Positions 34,292-42,948 of a DNA stretch of 64,000 nt are shown here, piece by piece. The translations under genes and the position numbers were made by a program. Below the pieces are notes generated by a model. The model was not told the DNA's origin, did not search any database, and saw only the letters and a list, made by a program, of their open reading frames with translations. The DNA is from Clostridiales bacterium UBA5448 (GTDB lineage: Bacteria; Bacillota; Clostridia; Oscillospirales; SIG627). The DNA is taken from positions 36,509 through 100,508 of the forward strand of contig DIRA01000037.1 of NCBI GenBank assembly GCA_002427425.1, in the 5' to 3' direction. Position 1 is the stretch's first letter. Every line of letters starts with the position of its first letter.

Positions 34292-36160
34292 ATGAAGCAA
34301 AAGAATTTCATACAGACATACTTTCCCAATGTACCCATGATGATGGCGGATGCTTTTCTTGCCATCATGGCATCGTTTTTGGGAATTTGCCTCCGTCTTG
34401 ATTTTGATTTTGATAGCATCCGACCCATGATGACCCACTTTGTGTATGGTATTCCCCTCCTTGCTTTGTCAGTCATGATCATATTTTATTCCGTGGGGAT
34501 TTATAAAATCATGTGGGCGTATGCCGCCATCAATGACGTGGTGAAAACCGTGGTGGCAGTCCTGTTGCCCTTCGTTTTCCAATTTGTGTTTCAGGAAGTG
34601 ACCTACGACCTGCTGAAACCCACCCATCGGGGAATGATGAAAGTATCCGGCTGGTCATATCCTCTGGCAATTTTGTTGGCGGTGGTGTTTATACTTGCGC
34701 TAAGAATGTGCATCCGCCGCAAAAGCACCAGTAAATCCAAGACGGAGAAAAACCATCCTGTCATGATCATCGGCGCGGGTGACGCGGGGGCGAATTTGTA
34801 CCGCAACTTTGCCAACCATCCCGAATACAATTACCAAATCGTTTGCTTCGTTGACGATTCCTGTTCCAAAATCGGGCGGCAGGTATACGGTATTCCCGTG
34901 GTGGGCAACCGCTACGCCATCATGAAAGCGGTCGAAGAATATGAAATCAAAACCATTATTTTCGCCATCCCTTCCTGTCCGTCCAAAGATAAAACAGAAA
35001 TATTGAACATCTGTTCCCGTACGAAATGCGAACTGAAACTTCTTCCCTCCATCGATCAGATGCTAGACGGGCAAATCCGCATATCCGATGTGAGGAAAGT
35101 GGAATTGGACGATTTGCTGGGCAGGGATCCCATTGCAATCGATGTAGATACCGTGGCAGGCTATGTGGAAGGAAAAACCATCCTGGTGACGGGGGCGGGC
35201 GGCAGCATCGGCAGCGAATTGTCCCGTCAGATCGCCTCTCATCATCCCAAACAATTGATTTTATTTGACGTATATGAAAACACCACCTATGAAATTTTAC
35301 AGGAATTAAAACGTACTTACCCCTCACTGGATGTGAAAGCGTGGATCGGATCCGTTCGGGACGAAGTGCTGCTGGATCGGCTGTTTGCCACCTTTCAACC
35401 CCAAATCGTGTACCACGCGGCGGCGCATAAGCATGTACCCCTCATGGAGGACAGCCCCAACGAATCGGTGAAAAATAACGTGCTTGGCACGTTGCGTATC
35501 GTCCGCATGTCGGATCATTACAAAGTGAATCGGTTTGTCCTCATTTCCACCGATAAAGCGGTGAACCCCACCAATATCATGGGGGCGACCAAACGCATTT
35601 GTGAAATGATCATCCAGTGCTATAATCAAAAGAGCGAAACAGAATTTGTAGCGGTGCGCTTTGGCAACGTGCTGGGCTCCAACGGCTCGGTGATCCCTTT
35701 GTTCAAACGGCAGATCGAAGAGGGTGGTCCGTTGACTGTAACCCATCGGGAAATTATCCGGTATTTCATGACCATTCCCGAAGCGGTTTCCCTGGTACTC
35801 CAAGCAGGAGCCACGGCCAAGGGCGGGGAAATTTTCGTGCTGGACATGGGAAAACCCGTTCGGATTATAGATCTGGCGGAAAATCTCATTCGTCTGTCAG
35901 GATTTGAACCCTACAAAGACATCAACATCGTGTTTACGGGGTTGCGGCCTGGTGAAAAGCTGTATGAAGAACTTTTGATGAACGAAGAAGGTCTTCAAAG
36001 TACGGAAAACAAACTCATTTACATCGGAAAACCCATTGATATCCAAGAAGATACTCTGTTTGCCGCCCTGGAAGAACTAGATCGGGCGGCCAATCGGGAA
36101 GATCCCGACATTCGGGCATACGTGCAAAAAATAGTCCCCACCTATCATCCCAACTGTTAA
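34292..36160 (+). CDS. capD: Membrane-bound UDP-N-acetylglucosamine 4,6-dehydratase (CapD/PglF/WbpM family)
   Basis: The ATG at 34292 has GGAGA upstream. There are four N-terminal TMs and two Rossmann motifs (IIGAGDAGANL; VTGAGGSIGSEL). The SDR core has YHAAAHKHVPLME, ISTDKAVNPTN.MGATKR and RFGNVLGSNGSVIPLF. Confidence 0.85.
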   Translation: MKQKNFIQTYFPNVPMMMADAFLAIMASFLGICLRLDFDFDSIRPMMTHFVYGIPLLALSVMIIFYSVGIYKIMWAYAAINDVVKTVVAVLLPFVFQFVFQEVTYDLLKPTHRGMMKVSGWSYPLAILLAVVFILALRMCIRRKSTSKSKTEKNHPVMIIGAGDAGANLYRNFANHPEYNYQIVCFVDDSCSKIGRQVYGIPVVGNRYAIMKAVEEYEIKTIIFAIPSCPSKDKTEILNICSRTKCELKLLPSIDQMLDGQIRISDVRKVELDDLLGRDPIAIDVDTVAGYVEGKTILVTGAGGSIGSELSRQIASHHPKQLILFDVYENTTYEILQELKRTYPSLDVKAWIGSVRDEVLLDRLFATFQPQIVYHAAAHKHVPLMEDSPNESVKNNVLGTLRIVRMSDHYKVNRFVLISTDKAVNPTNIMGATKRICEMIIQCYNQKSETEFVAVRFGNVLGSNGSVIPLFKRQIEEGGPLTVTHREIIRYFMTIPEAVSLVLQAGATAKGGEIFVLDMGKPVRIIDLAENLIRLSGFEPYKDINIVFTGLRPGEKLYEELLMNEEGLQSTENKLIYIGKPIDIQEDTLFAALEELDRAANREDPDIRAYVQKIVPTYHPNC

Positions 36161-36171
36161 CGGAGGTTTCT

Positions 36172-37080
36172 ATGACCCATACATCTCCCATCGCCATTCT
36201 TCTTTGTGCAGGTCAGGGCAGCCGCATGCATGATAACCGCACCCACAAGGTTTGTTATGAAATCGCAGGGATCCCTGCCATCCGGCGTTCCCTTTCCCAT
36301 TTTCGCCGGGCAGGGGTGGAGCGGTTTTTGGTGGTAGTGGGATACAAAGCCGCACTGGTCATGGACTGCCTTTCCGGCGAGCCCGGTGTGCAGTTTGCGT
36401 TTCAAGCCGAACAAAAAGGCACGGGGCACGCCACCTTGTGCGCTTTGGAATTTTTGGAAAAAACAGGATACGAGGGCCTGGTTATCGTAGCAATGGGGGA
36501 TAAACTCATTGCGCCCCGGGTCATTCGGGATTTGATTGAAAAAGCCCGGAACAACAGAAAAAAAGTGGTGTTTGCCGTTCAACCCAAAGCATATAATCCC
36601 TCCGGCGGGAGAATTGTCATGAAAAACGGCCGGGTTTACGGCATTTATGAAATGATGGACAGTTATTTGCTTTCCCTCTCTGGCTGTCGCTCTCTGGAAG
36701 AGATCCGAACTGCCGTGGATACCATGCCATTGAACCCTAAGAAAAAGGAACTCTTGCTATCCAAAGCGACAAACATGGCCATCATCCCCTCTTCCGTATC
36801 ATTAGCCGGAGAATTCTTTACCCATACGGAAATCGAATCCACCCCCTTTGTAAATACCGCCACCTATTTATTCGATACGACGTCATTGAAAACGGCCCTG
36901 GAACAGGTCGATGATGACAATGCCCAAGGGGAAATTTATTTAACCGACGGGGTCAACCGCCTAAGCATGGATGGCGGCTGTGATATCGTTCCTTTAGAAG
37001 ACCAAATGGAAATGCTCTCTTTCAGCACCTTGGAAGATATCGAAACAATCAGTGACTACTATCGAGGGAGAGAAATATGA
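36172..37080 (+). CDS. Sugar-1-phosphate nucleotidylyltransferase (NTP_transferase family)
   Basis: N-terminal LLCAGQGSRM (the G-x-G-x-R box), then QAEQKGTGHA and AMGDKLI. Specificity is unknown. Confidence 0.65.
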   Translation: MTHTSPIAILLCAGQGSRMHDNRTHKVCYEIAGIPAIRRSLSHFRRAGVERFLVVVGYKAALVMDCLSGEPGVQFAFQAEQKGTGHATLCALEFLEKTGYEGLVIVAMGDKLIAPRVIRDLIEKARNNRKKVVFAVQPKAYNPSGGRIVMKNGRVYGIYEMMDSYLLSLSGCRSLEEIRTAVDTMPLNPKKKELLLSKATNMAIIPSSVSLAGEFFTHTEIESTPFVNTATYLFDTTSLKTALEQVDDDNAQGEIYLTDGVNRLSMDGGCDIVPLEDQMEMLSFSTLEDIETISDYYRGREI

Positions 37081-38678
37081 GCATTCTACTGCCTGCATCC
37101 AAATGGATTGAGCGCATTCAAATCTGGAATCGGTATACCAGAGAGCAGTTTGAGCAAATATATGGCACCAGTCCCACCGCTTTGGACAATCGCCGGGAAG
37201 CATACATATCCTTATTAAAAGCGTTTCAGGAAAAGTACGGAAATAAAAACGTCATCATCGCCCGCAGCACGGGTCGGGCCAATTTAATGGGAAGACACAT
37301 AGAACACCGTGGCGGTAGCATCAATGTGATTTGCATCAATCGGGAAGTGTTGTTGGCAGCCTCCCCCCGCAACGACGATAGGGTGCATTTGTCAGATCTT
37401 TGCCCGCGGTTTTTCGATAATTCATTTTCCATTAACCGGGACTACAATTTATACCAAACAAACAACTGGAAACACTTTATCGAAAGTGAACCCATTCTCT
37501 CCTTGGTACAGCAAAGTAAGGGGGAGTGGATTAACTATATCCGGGCGGCGGTGCTGCGACTGCAAATGGCATATCCCCACATTCCCATGCGGGGCATGGA
37601 CATGATGTTCAGCGGCGATATTCCCTGTGCAGCGGGGGTTTCATCTTCTTCCGCCATGGTGGTATCTACCATGGAAGCGGCCGTGGCATTAAACCAAATT
37701 CCTATCAGCGACAAGGATTTTGTGGAGTTGTGTGGTGAAGGAGAATGGTTTGTGGGCTCCCGGGGCGGCGCCGGCGATCACGGGGCGATGAAATGCGGCT
37801 TACGGGGGAAGATCACCCATTTAAACTTTTTCCCCTTTTCCATTGGAAAATCTGTTACTTTCCCCGGAGATTACCAGCTGATTGTGGCAAACAGCTTTGA
37901 GGAAGCCAAAAAAAGCGCGGGTGCCAAAGACATTTTCAATCAGAAAGTGGCATGTTACGTCTTTGCGCTCATGATGATCAAGAAAATGTTTCCCCATCAT
38001 GCCCCGAACTTACATTATTTCAGAGACATCAATCCGGATACCCTGCGGGTCGGACAGGACAAAATATACAGCATGCTGTTGGCTTTGCCGGAACGGGTCA
38101 CCCATCAAGAACTTTACTCTATGCTGCCGGAATGCAGAGAAGAAATCGAAGAAGTGCAAAAATGCCACCGCATACCCGATCACTATGACATCCGGGGCGT
38201 GGCATTGTACGGCATAGCGGAGTGCATGCGGGCAAAAAAATGCATCGATATGCTGGACAACGGAGATTACCCCTCCTTGGGCAGACTGATGAACATTTCC
38301 CATGACGGCGATCGGGTCAATAAAAACGGAAAACCCTTTTCCTATCAGGTCAGCGACGAATATCTGGAAGGGCTCATTGCAGACATCCGCAGTGGGGATC
38401 CCGTCCGGGTAGAGCGGGCACAGTTGTACTACCAGCCCGGCGCCTACGGTTGCTCCACCTCAACCATCGATGAAATGATAGATTTCGTCAACAACTGCGA
38501 TGGGGTTGTGGGATCGGAACTGGCAGGAGCCGGATTGGGCGGTTGCATTTTAATTCTGGTTCACCATGCCCATGCCAAAAATCTGCTTTCCACCCTGCAA
38601 AAACTGTATTATGAAAAGCGCAATCTCCCCATGGGCGCAGACATTTATACCCCCATCGGCGGTTCGCTGGTATTATAA
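37077..38678 (+). CDS. GHMP-family sugar kinase, galactokinase-like, enlarged (533 aa)
   Basis: ATGA overlap with the upstream gene. A galactokinase signature-like GRANLMGRHIEHRGG. The GHMP motif II is PCAAGVSSSSAMVVS. The C-terminal motif is GAGLGGCILILV. Confidence 0.75.
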   Translation: MSILLPASKWIERIQIWNRYTREQFEQIYGTSPTALDNRREAYISLLKAFQEKYGNKNVIIARSTGRANLMGRHIEHRGGSINVICINREVLLAASPRNDDRVHLSDLCPRFFDNSFSINRDYNLYQTNNWKHFIESEPILSLVQQSKGEWINYIRAAVLRLQMAYPHIPMRGMDMMFSGDIPCAAGVSSSSAMVVSTMEAAVALNQIPISDKDFVELCGEGEWFVGSRGGAGDHGAMKCGLRGKITHLNFFPFSIGKSVTFPGDYQLIVANSFEEAKKSAGAKDIFNQKVACYVFALMMIKKMFPHHAPNLHYFRDINPDTLRVGQDKIYSMLLALPERVTHQELYSMLPECREEIEEVQKCHRIPDHYDIRGVALYGIAECMRAKKCIDMLDNGDYPSLGRLMNISHDGDRVNKNGKPFSYQVSDEYLEGLIADIRSGDPVRVERAQLYYQPGAYGCSTSTIDEMIDFVNNCDGVVGSELAGAGLGGCILILVHHAHAKNLLSTLQKLYYEKRNLPMGADIYTPIGGSLVL

Positions 38679-38689
38679 TCCCTTTCATT

Positions 38690-38780
38690 TGATAAAGGCA
38701 ATCGAGCAAACCCATAGTCACCTTATGGCAGATGCTTGCCCTCTCCTTGTTATAGGCGGCTCGCTGGTGATTAAAACCAC
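38690..38780 (+). pseudogene. Relic 3' end of a second GHMP-kinase allele
   Basis: Frame translation ...LMADACPLLVIGGSLVI... parallels the real kinase C-terminus ...LPMGADIYTPIGGSLVL*. At the DNA level ggcggctcgctggtgatt compares with ggcggttcgctggtatta. No start codon and no upstream kinase body are present. Confidence 0.4.
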
Positions 38781-38803
38781 GCATTACATAAAATACGAAC
38801 ATG

Positions 38804-38839
38804 TTCCACACCATTTTGTGATGGTGTGGAATATTTTTA
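38804..38839 (+). terminator. Intrinsic terminator
   Basis: An 11-bp stem ttccacaccat-tttgtg-atggtgtggaa followed by tattttta. Confidence 0.7.
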
Positions 38840-39164
38840 CCTTTTCAACCCTCATGATGGTCTATATATAATAGAAAATGAAGGTAGGCGATCAATAGTA
38901 AATTTTTAAATTAGTATAAAAAACGCATAATTACTTATATTATATGAAAAATGAAATGGGAAGTTTTCATAATAGAACCGTAAGGGATGATGTATCCTAC
39001 CTCTCCCTCTCATTTGATATCCAAACCATCCTTACAGGCCCCAACAAACCATAAGTTAATCACCCCTTCCCCTGAAAATATACTAAACCGGTCATGATTA
39101 GACGAAATACTACACATTCTGATGAACATTATATAAATTCGTATGCGATTTTTTGTTATATCGA

Positions 39165-39193
39165 TTGACAATGAGACAATTGTTTGATATTAT
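39165..39193 (+). promoter_or_regulatory. Promoter of the first XRE gene
   Basis: TTGACA-17 nt-TATTAT. Confidence 0.6.
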
Positions 39194-39221
39194 AACTATA
39201 AACCGCATAGGAGATGATGAG

Positions 39222-39521
39222 ATGATTACATTGCACGATCTGATCCGCATAGAGCTTTTTAGACAGTATGGAAGTCTGCGGCAATTTTCTTCTCGCACAG
39301 GCATTCCCCTCTCTACCGTTAACTGTCTCATCATGCACGGTATCAACTATTGCTCTTTTAATACCGTGGTCACTGTGTGTAATGCTCTATCCATTCAACC
39401 GATAGATCTATATCAAGACGAGGGAAAGCTGCTGGACCGCCTGGAGTTGTTGGATACCAAAGGGCTGAGAGCGGTAAACGCTATTTTTAAGATGATTAAA
39501 GATGAAACATTTAATATTTAA
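39222..39521 (+). CDS. XRE-family helix-turn-helix protein (99 aa)
   Basis: The ATG at 39222 has AGGAG 8 nt upstream. The HTH is GSLRQFSSRTGIPLSTVNCLIMHG..CSFNTVVTVCNAL. The C-terminal segment LELLDTKGLRAVNAIFKMI is shared in pattern with the next gene. Confidence 0.7.
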   Translation: MITLHDLIRIELFRQYGSLRQFSSRTGIPLSTVNCLIMHGINYCSFNTVVTVCNALSIQPIDLYQDEGKLLDRLELLDTKGLRAVNAIFKMIKDETFNI

Positions 39522-39552
39522 TAGAAAAATAGCAAAATTCATAAAAAAATCA

Positions 39553-39581
39553 TTGACATTTCGTCATTTCTATGTTAGAAT
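39553..39581 (+). promoter_or_regulatory. Promoter of the second XRE gene
   Basis: TTGACA-17 nt-TAGAAT preceded by TGt (extended -10). Confidence 0.65.
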
Positions 39582-39617
39582 AACCTGAAAAATATTGTGA
39601 AAGTTGAGGTGAAAAAA

Positions 39618-40043
39618 ATGGATTTACTCACTGCAGCCATCAAAAAGGAAATCGCTCTTCGTTACAAAAGCGTACGTCGGTTTTCCATCGAATCCGGCAT
39701 ACCCCAGTCTACCTTGGTCAGTGCTCTGAAAAAGGGTTTCGGCGGCACATCATATGATACGGTTATGTATATATGCAAGCTTTTAGAGTTGAACCCTTTC
39801 GATTATTCCCCGGCAGGTCAACAGAATCCCCCCGTCACGATAACCTCTGCATATTACGAACTGGATCCCATTGGCCGTCATACGGTAGACTCTATCATCA
39901 CGGTTGAACTCCTCCGCTGCAAAGGCAGTGTGATCGGGTTGGCCGCCGCATATGAGGGTATGGGTTTAGAAACCTTCGTATCCCAGCAGGACCAGGCAGA
40001 AGCTGCCGAGGCACTCAGAGAAATTAAAAAAATCGATGAGTAA
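39618..40043 (+). CDS. XRE-family helix-turn-helix protein (141 aa), paralogue of the preceding gene
   Basis: The ATG at 39618 has GAGGTGA upstream. The HTH is KSVRRFSIESGIPQSTLVSALKKG...SYDTVMYICKLL, followed by YYELDPIGRHTVDSIITVEL. Confidence 0.7.
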   Translation: MDLLTAAIKKEIALRYKSVRRFSIESGIPQSTLVSALKKGFGGTSYDTVMYICKLLELNPFDYSPAGQQNPPVTITSAYYELDPIGRHTVDSIITVELLRCKGSVIGLAAAYEGMGLETFVSQQDQAEAAEALREIKKIDE

Positions 40044-40045
40044 GT

Positions 40046-40696
40046 ATGATGACAACAAGAAAACTGGTGAAATCTTTTAAACATGAATATGCTTTAAAGG
40101 AGATAACCCCCTGCAGTCTAAAAAAAACTCTGAGCAATCATGGCTACACTTTGGTTTATTTCAGCCATTTAACCAACTCGGAGCCGGTGGCTAAACTACT
40201 TCTTGCCTTAGGTTTAACGACCTATGCCATGACCGTGAATGCCTTCACTTACAAAGATTGTCAATTTCGGCTGGTTTTTATTTTAGAAAACTTATCGGAT
40301 GAAGAACAAAAAGTATTGTTGGCTCACGAATTGGGGCATATTGTCTTAAAGCATACCGACAAGAAGTGCTCGGGCACTGAAGGTATCCTTCGGGAAAAGG
40401 AAGCCAATGAATTTGCACTGGAGCTACTGCGTATTCCCCAAAAAAAGCCTTACTTCATAGCGGCAGTCTTGTGCGTCACGGTTCTCTCCATTCTGTTAAC
40501 CTTCTTTCTTGTTATGGAGGCATCTCATACCGTGGTAACGGGTGATACCAAATTTTGGGTTACCACTGCCGGCAAAAAATTTCACCGTAACACTTGCGGG
40601 TGCATCAAATGGAACACCAGCATATCCTCCCTTTCTTACAAAGAACTGTTGGAGGAAGGGTATGAGCCTTGCAAATTGTGCAATCCCTTGGATTAA
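40046..40696 (+). CDS. ImmA/IrrE-family (M78) zinc metallopeptidase with a TM helix and a C-terminal Cys-rich metal-binding motif
   Basis: HEXXH is present as LAHELGHIVLKH with EANEFALELL downstream. The TM helix is YFIAAVLCVTVLSILLTFFLV. The C-terminus KKFHRNTCGCI....LSYKELLEEGYEPCKLCNP matches the common YH..C......EA...GY.PC..C motif. It lies 2 nt after the second XRE gene. Confidence 0.75.
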   Translation: MMTTRKLVKSFKHEYALKEITPCSLKKTLSNHGYTLVYFSHLTNSEPVAKLLLALGLTTYAMTVNAFTYKDCQFRLVFILENLSDEEQKVLLAHELGHIVLKHTDKKCSGTEGILREKEANEFALELLRIPQKKPYFIAAVLCVTVLSILLTFFLVMEASHTVVTGDTKFWVTTAGKKFHRNTCGCIKWNTSISSLSYKELLEEGYEPCKLCNPLD

Positions 40697-40739
40697 CAAA
40701 AAGCAGACAGAAAGCAAATGCTTTCTGTCTGCTTTTTTA
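40697..40739. terminator. Bidirectional terminator at the convergence point of the glycan locus
   Basis: A 15-bp perfect stem aagcagacagaaagc-aaat-gctttctgtctgctt flanked by A-rich and T6 tracts. Confidence 0.8.
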
Positions 40740-41879
40740 TACTTCCAAAAAGTACGTATCGGGATAGGCGGGATCAAAACATTCGCTGGCCCACATCAGA
40801 GTGACCATGTCTGTATCTCCTATGTTTTCGATGTTATGGGTATATCCTACCGGGATATCCACCACTTCCAGCATATCTCCCGATACATAGTAGGAAAAAA
40901 CCGTACTATCATCCGGTTTGCGGAATCGGATGACTCCCTGTCCGCTGACCACCAAAAACTTCTCGTTTTTGGTATGATGCCAGTGATTACCCTTGGTGAT
41001 ATGAGGTTTGGAAATATTCACCGAAACCTGTCCCCGCTCAGCGGTGCGAAACACCTCGGTAAAACTCCCCCGGTGATCCTCGTGGCTTTGGAGCGGGTAG
41101 GAAAATCCGTCGGTGGGTAAATAGGATAAATACGTGGCATACAGTTTTTTGGTAAACGCATTCCCCATATCGGGAATGCGTTTGTTTTCGCGGCACCCTT
41201 GAAAAGAACGGATCAAATCGGCAATTTGTCCCAAGGGGATGGTGTGGACTGTAGGAACATGGCAGTAATCCCCGATTTGGTGAGCCTGCCCCGACAGCGC
41301 CCGAATCAATTCTTCCACCACATCGTCGATATATACCAGATTCATCACCACATGCGGATCATGGACGGTGATGGGCAGGTTGTTTGCAATATTGTAACAA
41401 AAAGTGGCAACAACACTGTTGTAATTGGGTTTACACCACTTTCCGAACACGTTGGGGAACCGATAAATAAAGACGTTGGCACCCGTTTCTTTTGCATAGG
41501 AAAAAAGAAGATCTTCTCCGGCTTTTTTGGACTGGCCATACGGATTGCCCAGCGCCGCCTGGATGGAGGAGGACAACAAAACAGGACAGGTGTTGTTATG
41601 TTTTTTCAAGGTATCCAATAACACAGAGGTGAATCCAAAATTGCCTGCCATAAATTCTGATGGGTCTTTAGGACGGTTGACCCCCGCCAGATGAAATACA
41701 AAGTCCGCCTCTTTACAGTAGATATCAAGCAAAGCGGGGTCGGTGTCCACATCAAAAGGAAATATGGTCAAATCGAAGGAAATGAAGGCGTTTTTTTCAT
41801 TGCCTTTCTGGATGTTATGCAGCTGCGCCGTGAGATTTTTCCCGATAAACCCCTTGGCGCCGGTGATGAGGATGTTCAT
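40737..41879 (-). CDS. capF: CapF/FnlB-type bifunctional SDR + cupin enzyme (UDP-2-acetamido-2,6-dideoxy-L-talose-forming reductase/epimerase)
   Basis: Near-colinear match to the remembered S. aureus CapF (MNI.ITGAKGF.GKNL, FGKWCKPNYNSV.ATFCY, SVNISKP.ITKGNHWHHTKNEKFLVVSG.GVIRFR, VDIPVGYTHNIEN.GDTDMVT.MW, PDTYFLEV). The ATG at 41879 overlaps the capE stop (ATGA). Confidence 0.9.
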   Translation of the reverse strand: MNILITGAKGFIGKNLTAQLHNIQKGNEKNAFISFDLTIFPFDVDTDPALLDIYCKEADFVFHLAGVNRPKDPSEFMAGNFGFTSVLLDTLKKHNNTCPVLLSSSIQAALGNPYGQSKKAGEDLLFSYAKETGANVFIYRFPNVFGKWCKPNYNSVVATFCYNIANNLPITVHDPHVVMNLVYIDDVVEELIRALSGQAHQIGDYCHVPTVHTIPLGQIADLIRSFQGCRENKRIPDMGNAFTKKLYATYLSYLPTDGFSYPLQSHEDHRGSFTEVFRTAERGQVSVNISKPHITKGNHWHHTKNEKFLVVSGQGVIRFRKPDDSTVFSYYVSGDMLEVVDIPVGYTHNIENIGDTDMVTLMWASECFDPAYPDTYFLEV

Positions 41880-42916
41880 TTGTTTCCCCATCCTTTCAGT
41901 TCCTCTTGCATATACTCCAAAGCCAATAATTTGTCTTTCACTTCTTCCACGGTCAACAGGGTGGTATTGTTGGAATTGAATTCCCGCAATGGATTACGGG
42001 TTACATCGCCATTATCAAAGAATTTATCGTAATTCAAATCTCGTTTGTCACAGGGAACCCGATAGAAATCACCCAAATCCATGGCATGGGTGCATTCTTC
42101 ATTGGTCAGGAGAGTTTCGTACATTTTTTCCCCATGACGAATGCCGATGACATTAATGGGATTCTCTGATGAAAACAATGATTTTACCGCCTGTGCCAGG
42201 ATGCCGATGGTACAGGCGGGTGCTTTTTGCACCAGAATATCCCCCGATTTTCCTTGTTCAAAAGCAAACAGCACCAGATCCACCGCTTCGTCCAAAGACA
42301 TCATAAACCGGGTCATAGAAGGTTCGGTGACGGTAAGAGGGTTGCCGCTTTTAATTTGCCGGATAAATAAAGGGATGACCGAACCGCGGGAACACATGAC
42401 ATTGCCGTAACGGGTACAGCAAATGGTTGTTTTTTCCGGCGGCACGGTACGGGACTTGGCAACAATGACCTTTTCCATCATGGCTTTAGAGGTCCCCATA
42501 GCGTTGACGGGATAGGCCGCCTTATCGGTGGACAGGCAAATGACCTTTTTGACGCCCCCGTCGATGGCGGCAGTCAGCACATGATCAGTGCCGATAATAT
42601 TGGTTTTCACCGCTTCCATCGGGAAAAATTCACAGGAAGGCACCTGTTTTAAAGCGGCGGCATGAAATATAAAATCCACCCCGTGGATAGCGTTTTTCAC
42701 CGAAGCCAGATCCCGCACGTCCCCGATGATAAACTTGATTTTATCCACACAGTCGGCGTACAGAGACTGATACATATGGCGCATATCATCCTGCTTTTTT
42801 TCATCCCGGGAAAAAATACGGATTTCTTTTAAGTCGGTTTTCAGGAAGCGGTTGAGTATGGCATTGCCAAAACTCCCGGTTCCCCCGGTGATCATGAGCG
42901 TTTTATTGGCAAACAT
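41876..42916 (-). CDS. capE: CapE/FnlA-type UDP-GlcNAc 4,6-dehydratase/5-epimerase
   Basis: The ATG at 42916 has GGGGAG upstream. It matches the remembered CapE (ITGGTGSFGNA...RFL, IRIFSRDEKKQDD, FHAAALKQVPSCEFFP.EAVKTNI.GT, CLSTDKAAYP.NAMG.SKAMMEK, RYGNVM.SRGSVIPLF). Confidence 0.9.
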   Translation of the reverse strand: MFANKTLMITGGTGSFGNAILNRFLKTDLKEIRIFSRDEKKQDDMRHMYQSLYADCVDKIKFIIGDVRDLASVKNAIHGVDFIFHAAALKQVPSCEFFPMEAVKTNIIGTDHVLTAAIDGGVKKVICLSTDKAAYPVNAMGTSKAMMEKVIVAKSRTVPPEKTTICCTRYGNVMCSRGSVIPLFIRQIKSGNPLTVTEPSMTRFMMSLDEAVDLVLFAFEQGKSGDILVQKAPACTIGILAQAVKSLFSSENPINVIGIRHGEKMYETLLTNEECTHAMDLGDFYRVPCDKRDLNYDKFFDNGDVTRNPLREFNSNNTTLLTVEEVKDKLLALEYMQEELKGWGNK

Positions 42917-42948
42917 ATTTTTCTCCCCTTTGGTTGATTCTAATATAT

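Noticed and set aside
38566-38871. A 101-aa ORF spanning the end of the kinase gene and the downstream spacer.
   Set aside because: Its first third overlaps the kinase gene in another frame. The rest contains the relic kinase C-terminus and reads through a terminator hairpin. It is better interpreted as non-functional relic DNA than as a gene.
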